From: an uncultured Thermoprotei archaeon | GTDB lineage: Archaea > Thermoproteota > Thermoprotei > Thermofilales > B15-G2 | Direction of reading: 5' to 3' | Length of the DNA stretch: 64,000 nucleotides | Assembly: GCA_965367815.1 (NCBI GenBank) | Contig: CBDUKN010000003.1 | Location: forward strand, 103,649 to 167,648 | Part shown: one piece after another, positions 30,189 to 39,101 of the stretch | Layout of the letters: the number at the start of each line of letters is the position of its first letter | Numbering within the stretch: the stretch's first letter is position 1 | Position numbers and translations under genes: made by a program | Notes under the pieces: model-generated | What the model was told of the DNA's origin: nothing | The model's database searches: none | Seen by the model: only the letters and a program-made list of their open reading frames with translations

Positions 30189-30998
30189 TTAGCGACCAGT
30201 TATTGGAGAAGACGATATTCCTGAGGGGAGAGGAACTTTAATTCTTATTTTCGAGTCCAGTGAGGCTATGGAAGGTGATGGAAGTATTAGTCTTACTTTA
30301 AACTTTATTTCGCGGTCGAGAATTTTTACTGAAATAATATCGCCTATATTGAGGAGTTTGCCTGAAATATTCTCAACAACTATTTTCTCTAAGTATCTCC
30401 TTATTTCATCGACGGTGTCGGGGAAATCTTCGATTGCTTTAGATAGTTCGTGGAGTACTTTAGAAGATTCTTCGTCTTGGTAGAGGTCTAGTATAATTAG
30501 TTCAGCTATTTTCTGCTCAATGTAGACTACTTCGGGGTTTTTGACTACTACTGGTTTGTCTGGTAAAACTAATGCTACTGTGAAGTCTATTGGGTGGCCT
30601 AGTACAGGTATACTGACTTTGTCTCCCTTAACTACGGCTCTGCCTACGAGTTTTTTAGCAACATATTTTGCGAAGTACTCGTCTATAGTGACTGATAGTG
30701 GGGGTACGAGTACTACTTTCTGAGCCTCGCTGACTTCTATTTTTCTCACTTTAACTAGTTCCCCTAGTTTTACGCCAGCGTTGTTTCTAGTAGTTTCATC
30801 TATTCTGATTAAGTCTTTTTCATTATAGGGCGTCTCCTGTGCAACGGCTACTGTTTTTCTGCTGCCTTCTATTTCAATAACTTCTCCTGGACATGCTTCG
30901 AGTTCTGCTAGAGTCTTGGAACTTACTCTAGCTAATCCTTTCCACTTATCAGATTGAAGGGCTTCAGCTACTTTAAGTGAAATTTCTCTAGAGACCAC
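30189..30998 (-). CDS. Stand-alone Cdc48/VAT N-domain protein without AAA modules
   Basis: LKVAEALQSD..GLARV..GEVIEIEGSRKTVA, IRID..TRNNAGVKLGE (double-psi barrel), then two CDC48_2-like subdomains; no Walker motifs. Confidence 0.85.
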   Translation of the reverse strand: MVSREISLKVAEALQSDKWKGLARVSSKTLAELEACPGEVIEIEGSRKTVAVAQETPYNEKDLIRIDETTRNNAGVKLGELVKVRKIEVSEAQKVVLVPPLSVTIDEYFAKYVAKKLVGRAVVKGDKVSIPVLGHPIDFTVALVLPDKPVVVKNPEVVYIEQKIAELIILDLYQDEESSKVLHELSKAIEDFPDTVDEIRRYLEKIVVENISGKLLNIGDIISVKILDREIKFKVRLILPSPSIASLDSKIRIKVPLPSGISSSPITGR

Positions 30999-31087
30999 GT
31001 ACTACACTTTCTTAAAATATTTTAAAAAGTATTTTTAGCTAAGGCGATATAATATTCTTGGTCTTGATTTTTTTCTCTATATAAAGA

Positions 31088-32485
31088 CTATTTAGGTAAG
31101 TTAACTGAATAGGTGTTCGGCTTTACTAAGTCTTTCAGCTCGTAGACTAAGTAGCCGTCTTTTTCTAGGTCTTCACGGCTATCTATATCTAGGCCTACTA
31201 GGCCATAGTACTTTGTTGGGTAAGGTAGTTCTTTTCCCTTTTCTTCAAGCTCTGCTAGTATTTTATAGGCTTCTTTTCTATTGATGTTTTTCCACTTGAC
31301 TTCTAGTAGTACTGCCTTTTTCTCTTTTCTGTCTAGTGCTACGACATCTATTTCTACTCCTTTTTTCCACCATCCACCGACTTTTAGCGGCTTGAATGGT
31401 AGTTTTAGTCTTCGAATACACTGTTTAACGATTTCTTCGTAGACCTGCCCCATGTAGGTATTGAAGTCTTCTTTAACGTTTTTAATCACTTCTTCTACTT
31501 CTCCTAATTCTAGTATACTTTTATACGGGAAGACGTACTTAAACCAGAATTTAAAGAAGTTGTCTTTTATTCTGTATACTGCTCTACCTCCTCCTACTGG
31601 CTCTTCTCTTTCAACTATGTCGAGGTCTTTGATTAGTACGTTTAAGTAGTAACTTAAAGAAGTCTTTGATGCCGTGAGGCTTCCGGCTATTTCGCTAAAA
31701 GAATTTTTTCCTGAAGCTAGTAGTCTGAGTATTTCAAAGTATGTTACATGTTCTCTTAATTCTGTTTTGAGGAGTAGTTCAGGTTCCCAGTAGAGCGGTG
31801 ACCTATTATCGAATATTAGTCTAGTAGCTTCATCAGCCCAGCTGTTCGACTTGATTAGCGACAGGTAATAGGGTGTGCCGCCGAAGACTCCGTAGAGCTC
31901 GGCTGCTTCTTTTGGACTAGCTTTAACTCTGCTAGAGAGGTAGCTGTATGCTGTAACGAAGTCGAATGGTTTTATTTTAAGGAATCCTGTCGCTCTGCCG
32001 TAGAGAGGTTGGCGGTAATGAAATATTCACTCCATGACTCCTACTGATGATCCTATGCACACTATCATTATTCTAGATGAGGCCGACTCTTCGTCTACTA
32101 TTTTCTGGAGCTCTGTTATAGCTGAGCGGTCTACTTCCAGTAGCCTCTGAAATTCGTCGAGTACAACTACTACTCGTTTTTCTCTAGCGTATTTAAATAA
32201 GGTTCTAAAGATTTCTTCCCAAGTAGGGTCGAGAGAAAGCCTTATATTGAGTTTTTCGTAAACTATTTTAGCTAATTCGCTTCTAAGAGCTTTAGAAGAC
32301 ATTTCAGAAACATAAAAGTAAATAGCATAGCTTTTATTTTCTAAAAACTTTTTAATTAAAAATGTTTTACCTACTCTTCTTCTTCCGTAAACTATTATGA
32401 GAGAAAAACTTTGTTTCCTATACTCTTCCTCCAAATATTTCAGTTCCTCTTCTCTATTGTGGAAACGTTCAAACATATTAATCAT
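31088..32485 (-). pseudogene. Archaeal ATPase (ATPase_2, wHTH, DUF234/PD-(D/E)xK) broken by one in-frame TGA
   Basis: YGRRRVGKT, LDEFQ, PLYGRATG, GGTPYYL, DNFFKFWF, EIDVVA..EVKW all in one frame; the only stop is TGA at 32027-32029. Confidence 0.9.
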
Positions 32486-32548
32486 TAATAAATTAATGTT
32501 TTTCTGCGGCAGCTACACAGTGTTCTTCTCGAATATAGTGAAGATTCT

Positions 32549-33331
32549 TTGAGTATTTTCAAGGTAGTAGTATTAAATACTTCAGAAGAGAGCCGAGAAG
32601 CGATAAGAGTGGCTAGTCTCAAGAAGTTAGAATCACCCTACACGGCTGTCAAACTGCTAAATTCTCTTAAAGGACTCTATACGCTTAAAGAATTAGAGAA
32701 AATACTGGAAATAAATTCACATATTTTATGGCGATATACAGCTTTAATAAATATTCCCGAAAAGAAGACTTTGCAGAAAATTATTGAAAAATACTTGAAA
32801 ATAATCTAGTAGAGAAAATTGTGAATAAAGTGATTTCAATTAATTCTAGAGGCTACGTTGAAACACGGCGATACCTCTATGATGTTCATTTCCTGGGAAT
32901 AGTAGGATAGGATATGAAGTAGCTAGATTCATGGTCTCAAATTCTATAGACACTATTTTTATGTACCCTAAAGAAGATGCACCTCTAGCTTTAGCTGTAT
33001 CAGAGTGGCTTAAATGCAAAGTATGTATAGGCTTCTCTGAAGCGAAACTGTCTTAAGAAATATTCTTTTTTATCCTATGTCTCTTGGAGAGAGGAAAAAA
33101 TAGTTAATATTTATGTTCCTAGAGGCGTTATTGAAGAAGACGATAAAAATGATTTTAGTGAAAAATATTGCTAAACTGGGCTTCTTAAAAGCTATAGTAG
33201 ATCTGCTAAATTATCTGAAGGCAGATATTTGGAGAATATTTGTAGTAATCTCGCTATCAGATGAGTGGAAGAAGAAGGCGATCGAGTATGGTATTAATAA
33301 TATAAAAGTACTTAAAGAGATGAATACTTAA
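32549..33331 (+). pseudogene. Decayed HTH plus phosphoribosyltransferase-fold regulator
   Basis: YTLKELEKILEINSHILWRY HTH, then fragments EDAPLALAVSEWL, IYVPRGVI and KAIVDLL..IFVVI across several stops and frameshifts. Confidence 0.6.
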
Positions 33332-33601
33332 ATAAAAATATTCAACCTTTGTTAGTTACATGTTTCGGTTCGTATGTCTTTTTACTTGTTTTTTATACTG
33401 GTGTTTTCTTGCTTCTCTTCTTTTTCTTCTTCCTTTCTTTTGGCATTTTCTCAGAATATTATTTGTTTTCGCGGATTATTATAATTTATTATACCTCGGT
33501 GAGTATATGCTTAAATCAGTGCTAGACATGGAAGTCGATGGGAGTATACTTGCTTATGTAAACAGTAATCAGATATATGCTTGGTAGAACCTAAGTAGTG
33601 G

Positions 33602-34696
33602 ATGAAAGTACCTCAAATTATTCTACAGGAAAAGCCAGACTATGAGAGGCTTGTTTCGGTTCTGTGGAGAGAAGAGCCTGATAGAGTTCCTTTCTACGAG
33701 CATTCTGTAGACGCAGAGGTAATAGAGTATTTTCTTGGAGTAAAGCTTAGGGGAATGGATTTAAGTAAAAGAGAAAATAAGGTCAAGTACCTTAAGTATA
33801 CTGTTAAGTTCTATAAAGGGCTGCGCTATGACTGTGTACCTTTTGAAGTAGGCCTTAATTTACCTAAAAATAATGTTATTTCAACCAAAGATACTGCTTT
33901 GTTGTCGAGGGGCACTAGGACTTGGACTGATGAATACAGGGGCGTAATAGAGAGTATTGAGGACTATGAGTCTTATCCGTGGCCTGATGTAGAGAATTTA
34001 CTTGATTACGAGCTTTTTGAAATACTTTCTAAGCTATTGCCTGAGAACATGGGTGTAGCTGGAGGTACTGGTGGAGGAATACTTGAGCACACTATGCAAC
34101 TTATAGGCTATGTCCCCTTCTTTAAAGCTCTTTACAGGAACAGGAAGCTAGTCGAGCTTGTATTCGATAAAGTAGGGAGACTCATTACAGAGGCAATGAA
34201 AATTATTGCTGAGTACGATAAAGTAGTAGTACTGCGCAATGGAGACGACTGGGGAATGAGAACCGGCACCTTTATTTCGCCTCAGCTAATGAGGAAGTAT
34301 GTTTTCCCGTGGTACAGGGAAATAGTTGAGACGGCACATAAGCAAGGCAAGCCCTATATTCTTCACTCGTGCGGCAACCTAAAGGCAGTAATGAAGGATA
34401 TTATTGAGATAGGCGTAGACGGTAAACACTCCTACGAAGACGCTATAATGCCTGTAACTGAAGTTAAGAAAATCTACGGAGATAAAATAGCTGTAATAGG
34501 AGGAATAGATGTAGACAAGCTAGCGAGATATCCTGTAGATAAGTTCGTGGAATACGTTAAAAATATTATTAGAGAATGTTGTCCTGGAGGAGGATACGCG
34601 CTTGGCTCAGGAAACACTATTACAAACTACAGTAGAGTAGAGAACTACTTAGCTATGCTCGAGCTAGGAGTAAAGTACGGTAAGTATCCTCGCTAG
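33602..34696 (+). CDS. Uroporphyrinogen decarboxylase / MtaA-CmuA-like family protein
   Basis: EPDRVPFYE, GDDWG..FISP, ILHSCGN, GGIDVD, GGYALGSGN. Confidence 0.88.
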   Translation: MKVPQIILQEKPDYERLVSVLWREEPDRVPFYEHSVDAEVIEYFLGVKLRGMDLSKRENKVKYLKYTVKFYKGLRYDCVPFEVGLNLPKNNVISTKDTALLSRGTRTWTDEYRGVIESIEDYESYPWPDVENLLDYELFEILSKLLPENMGVAGGTGGGILEHTMQLIGYVPFFKALYRNRKLVELVFDKVGRLITEAMKIIAEYDKVVVLRNGDDWGMRTGTFISPQLMRKYVFPWYREIVETAHKQGKPYILHSCGNLKAVMKDIIEIGVDGKHSYEDAIMPVTEVKKIYGDKIAVIGGIDVDKLARYPVDKFVEYVKNIIRECCPGGGYALGSGNTITNYSRVENYLAMLELGVKYGKYPR

Positions 34697-34932
34697 TACT
34701 CGACTACACTTTTATTTGAAAAGCTTCCCATAAGGCTCATTGCTGAAACAATTCTCCCCGCAGCCCAGTTAACTGGATCTACTCCTCTTCTCTTCAGGTT
34801 CTCTATTTTCCTCTTACTCATACGAGAAAGCACTTTATCTATTAGCTCAGGGTGTTCTTTCTTGATATGCTCTCTAGCCATCTTTTTACTATAGAAAATT
34901 TTTCCACAGAAGCACTTATAGATAACCGCCAT
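34693..34932 (-). CDS. Small C2H2-type zinc-finger protein
   Basis: YKCFCGKIFYSKKMAREHIKKEH. Confidence 0.7.
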   Translation of the reverse strand: MAVIYKCFCGKIFYSKKMAREHIKKEHPELIDKVLSRMSKRKIENLKRRGVDPVNWAAGRIVSAMSLMGSFSNKSVVEY

Positions 34933-35013
34933 GGTTATCAGTTTAACTAGAATAAAAGAAGGCTATGAAGTTAATATTTAAAATACTGCTCTGCACATAA
35001 AATAAAAACTTAA

Positions 35014-35170
35014 TTACTGCTTACCAGGTTTTCTTACACGAGGTACAAGAAAAGGTGTTTTCTTCTCGTACTCTATGTACTTTTCACAAAAATCTGGCTT
35101 TAAGCTCTTTCTCTTCAATAAACTTCCTACATAGCGCGTATAGTAGTCTAAATACTACTACTAGAGAAAG
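35014..35170 (-). pseudogene. 3' remnant of an ICMT/PEMT-family methyltransferase
   Basis: KFIEEKELKARF/(frameshift)EKYIEYEKKTPFLVPR closely matches the C-terminus of the intact gene at 59558-60115. Confidence 0.8.
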
Positions 35171-35172
35171 AA

Positions 35173-35733
35173 ATGAAAGAGTGCTGTAAGGTGCTCGGTA
35201 TAGATAGATACATTAATTTAGGCTACGAGGACGGTTTCTACACCTACTCTGAGAAAACTGTTAAAGAAATGGTTGAATTAATTCGCGAAATTAAGCCGAA
35301 AATAGTTTTCAGCAGGTAAATTCATGAAAGCCACTCAGACCACAGAGCTGTAGGAATAGTTACTAGAAGAGCCTCTGTTCTCGCTAACTACAAGTACTAT
35401 AGGAGGGGAGCAGAGCTTGCTGAAGTAGCTGGAGTCGAAGGACTATACTACTGGTGTGGCGGAAACCAGCCTTGGCTTCCTGAGTTCAAACCCAATATAT
35501 TTGTAGATGTATCAAAATACTTGAAGAAAATTATAGAGTCTTACTTAGTGTTTAAAACTGTTAAAGGAATCGAGAAAGGTTTGAGAAGAAGTCTGGTAAT
35601 TAGACTGTACAATGGGATTGTTTCGGGCTTCAGAATGGCTGAGGCTGTAGTAAAAGATACTAGTTTCTCAGAATGGATAAATGATCCTCTACTGTGTTTA
35701 GCGAGAAGCAAAGGTATACCAATTAAGGCTTAA
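35173..35733 (+). pseudogene. 5'-truncated PIG-L/LmbE deacetylase
   Basis: CCKVLG..LGYEDG, IREIKPKIVF, in-frame TAA at 35317, HSDHRAVG, KPNIFVDVSKY; the N-terminal HxDD motif is missing. Confidence 0.8.
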
Positions 35734-36260
35734 GTAATGCTACCAGAGTTTGCCTAATGATTGATGGTAGTATTTTATGTTTTGGCCCCGCTACTAATTC
35801 ATGTATAAAGTTTTTACAATGACTCAGTATTATCGTCTTTCTCACCCTAAAAGAGAGTTGTGAAGAAGACTTAGCTAAAATCAAGAAACTTGGCCTAAAA
35901 AGCCTGTTAGAGCATGGATATTTTAGTCTCAAGTAAACTCAAGCTAGGTGAGTGAAGATACTCTAAGTAGGACGAGTTCATCGATCTTGCTGAAAAAGTT
36001 TTCCTAATACTTATATAGCTCTTCCCTGAAAGTACTCCTCTACTGGTTTACTGAAAAATTAGAGATACGCTCTACGTCGACGCTGAAGGAAAACCTATTA
36101 AGTCTCACTCATGTGCCTCGGCTTCTATAGTAAGGATTTCCGGGATTATGCTCTAATATATTTAAAGTGAAAGAAGCTGTGAAAGAAGCTAGGGTCGAAG
36201 AAAAGAGAATCATGCTAGAACTTGAGGGATGTCAAGCGAAAATAATTTTGTTTAAATAGG

Positions 36261-37448
36261 TTAAAGCAGATCTGATAGCTTAAGGAATCTCCCGCCTATA
36301 ATCCCTACGCCTGAATCGTAATATACCGCGAATATTATGTCTTTTTTCAAGAGAACTGCATCAGGGTAACTTGTGTCTCCGCCGCTCCCAGTATATATTA
36401 TTTTAGGAGCAGCGTCTTTAAAGTCTTTTCGAGGATCTCCCACCATTACTTCAACGTATCTAGTCACATAGCCTCCGCTGTAGTCACAGTTACCGTAAAT
36501 CAGGAGGGTCTTGGTCTTATTTAAAACTAGCATGTGAGGAGCATGAGCGTTTACAGGAAGCATACGCGGGTCTTCGAAGCTCTCGCCGCCATCAAAAGAG
36601 TGAGCTATACACGCGTTAGCCCAAGGAGCATCAGTCCTCATAACTGCTACAATATGGTCTCCTCCCAAGTAGGCTAAAGCAGTTTCATTAAAGCCTATTG
36701 CTTTACCGTTTATTTCCTCAGCTATAATACACTGCTCTCTCCAAGTCTTGCCTCTGTCTTCGCTTACAAGCAATACTGAAACAAAGGGGTTTTCTAAAGT
36801 AAATATCTCGTCTGGCGGCCTTTTTTCTCTACCAGCTTCTACTTCAGCGAGATAGCGCATATAATCCCACTTATTGACTCCTTTATGTCTTCTAGTCGGG
36901 TCCCGTGGACGATAGACAGGGAGCAGCAGGCGGCCGTCAGGAAGCTCTAAGACTTTTTCTGAAGTAGCGTAATACTTGTCTAATACTTTACGTGGCTTAG
37001 TCCAAGTACGCCCGTTGTCGTAGCTGAAAGATATGTAGACGTAGCACCAATTAGGCTTATGTTTAGGCTCAACGACGTCGAATGTAAGTACTAATGTTCC
37101 GTCTGAAAGCTGAGCTATATGCGGGTCGCGGTCATCGTAAGGAGTATCGATAATTACTTCAGGCTTACTCCATGATTTCCCGTCGTCCCAGCTCCTTACA
37201 CACATTATTCTCCCAGGTGTATGAGGAGCATGTGAGAGGGCAGCTCTATATACTACCATTAGTTCACCTGTGTGAAGCCTAACCATTGAGGGAAAGAACA
37301 CGTCTTCATTGTAAGTTCGCCCCGCCACTATAACGTCGCTGTGTACCTCGTGGTCAGCTAGCTCTGAAATAAACTCAGAGCTCCTGCCTTTAACAACAGG
37401 CCTGTCCAGCTGGCTTTTCTTCCACCTCCATACATTATTTTTCTCCAT
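36261..37448 (-). CDS. Asp-box (BNR) sialidase-like beta-propeller protein
   Basis: Four Asp boxes: SWDDGKSW, SYDNGRTW, SEDRGKTW, SFDGGESF; GDTSYP; no signal peptide. Confidence 0.85.
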   Translation of the reverse strand: MEKNNVWRWKKSQLDRPVVKGRSSEFISELADHEVHSDVIVAGRTYNEDVFFPSMVRLHTGELMVVYRAALSHAPHTPGRIMCVRSWDDGKSWSKPEVIIDTPYDDRDPHIAQLSDGTLVLTFDVVEPKHKPNWCYVYISFSYDNGRTWTKPRKVLDKYYATSEKVLELPDGRLLLPVYRPRDPTRRHKGVNKWDYMRYLAEVEAGREKRPPDEIFTLENPFVSVLLVSEDRGKTWREQCIIAEEINGKAIGFNETALAYLGGDHIVAVMRTDAPWANACIAHSFDGGESFEDPRMLPVNAHAPHMLVLNKTKTLLIYGNCDYSGGYVTRYVEVMVGDPRKDFKDAAPKIIYTGSGGDTSYPDAVLLKKDIIFAVYYDSGVGIIGGRFLKLSDLL

Positions 37449-37794
37449 GAAAGTTTTTCACTAAATACATATAAAGAACTATCTGCTAGTAGTTAAGTAA
37501 AGCTATGTAACTATTTAGTAATCTATTTAAGAATATCGTTTTCTCAACTTACCATCAGAATACTTCTCTAAAACAACACTATGTCTAGTGAATTCCTTTA
37601 GGAAATAAATTTTCATAAAATACAACTTGAAAGCACATGTTTTGAAGTTCTGCCAAATTAGGAGCTTAAATGTTTTTGCTTTTAAAGTAATTTAAAGAGC
37701 ATTAATGGAGAAACTATTTAATCAAAATCTTAACTTGACACTATTATCATAGTGAGAGTAATGTTTATATATTTAATAACTGTGGTTCACTAAT

Positions 37795-39033
37795 GTGGAT
37801 TATATAACTGTAGTTAGAAGCGAAGCTAAGGAATTAGAGAATATTAGGGGATGGATTCTTCTCTACGGTCGGAGAAAGGTGGGCAAAACTTTTCTCTTAA
37901 AGAATTTTATGAAGTGGGATGCTTACATAGTAGTCAGACGCGATCTTTCTTTGCGAGCGGAAAATATTAAAATTAACAATATTAAAGAGATTCCAGAAAA
38001 AGTAGGAAGCTTACTAGAAGAGGAGCGTATAGTAGTTATCGACGAGTTTCAAAGATTACCTGAAAGCGTTTTGGAGGATCTTACAGAATATCATCCTAAA
38101 GGTCGGCTAATACTATCGGGTTCTTCGTTAGGAGCTGTTAGAAAAATATTTGAGCCTAAGTCCCCGCTACTAGGCTTTTTTACACCATATAAACTCTCAC
38201 TAATACAGCCATTAGATATTTTATCTGCTTTACTACAGAAATACAGTCCAATAAAAGCAGTTGAATTAGCGAGCTACCTAAGAGATCCCTGGCTAATACC
38301 TCTTTACGGAGACGAAGACATAACTACATTCATATATAAATATACGTGCAAGTACTGGCAAGTAGTCAAAGCTCTTCTCGGAGAAGTATTCGCCGAAGAA
38401 GAAAGGACATTAACTAAAATCTACGAAGCAATAATATCGCTGTTAGGTTCTAGAATATGGAAAATCAAAGAAATAGCGAATACTCTCTACACTAAAGGCG
38501 TTATATCAGAACCTAGTAGCAGCCATGTAAGCGGCTTTATGAAGAATTTAATTGAAATGGATTTAGTAGAAGCTATTAAACTATATGAATCTAGAAGAAA
38601 ATACTATAAATTAAAGTCGCCAATAATGGAAACCTACTACTTCCTAGAAAACAAATACGATGTATCTGAAAGACAAGTAAGCTTAAGTGAAGTAAAGCCA
38701 GCACTTGAGTATTCAATTAGACTTCAAGTAGAAGACTATTTAGCAGACCTAACAGCGCAAATTTATGAAGGCAGAAGAGAGTACTCAGTAATGCCGGAAA
38801 TCGACTCAATAATAACTGTTAGAAGGAAAATAAAAGCAGTAGTAGAAGTAAAGTGGGGTAATTACTCTAAAAAAGACCTAGAAAAGTTTTACAAAAAAAC
38901 TGAAACAATTCCAGGCGAAAAAATATTTATAACAAGAAAAAAAGAAGAAAGCCTTTACAAAACAATTAAAATAATAGACGCAGAAGACTTAGCTACTCAA
39001 GTAAAGAGTATTATAGAGACTCGTCAAAAATAA
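37795..39033 (+). CDS. Archaeal ATPase with C-terminal PD-(D/E)xK-like domain
   Basis: YGRRKVGKT, IDEFQ, SGSS, SPLLG, EIDSII..VEVKWG. Confidence 0.88.
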   Translation: MDYITVVRSEAKELENIRGWILLYGRRKVGKTFLLKNFMKWDAYIVVRRDLSLRAENIKINNIKEIPEKVGSLLEEERIVVIDEFQRLPESVLEDLTEYHPKGRLILSGSSLGAVRKIFEPKSPLLGFFTPYKLSLIQPLDILSALLQKYSPIKAVELASYLRDPWLIPLYGDEDITTFIYKYTCKYWQVVKALLGEVFAEEERTLTKIYEAIISLLGSRIWKIKEIANTLYTKGVISEPSSSHVSGFMKNLIEMDLVEAIKLYESRRKYYKLKSPIMETYYFLENKYDVSERQVSLSEVKPALEYSIRLQVEDYLADLTAQIYEGRREYSVMPEIDSIITVRRKIKAVVEVKWGNYSKKDLEKFYKKTETIPGEKIFITRKKEESLYKTIKIIDAEDLATQVKSIIETRQK

Positions 39034-39101
39034 CCTACCTCCAGTAGAGAGGTTTTCTTTAGTGAATAGGTTTAATTAGAAGTAGGTTTTCCTCAGAGGA
39101 T

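Noticed and set aside
33360-33587. 75-aa Phe/Leu-rich plus-strand ORF
   Set aside because: Composition reflects a pyrimidine tract; likely spurious
35735-36240. Probable decayed gene fragments, including ORF 35723-35932
   Set aside because: No consistent frame or identifiable motif
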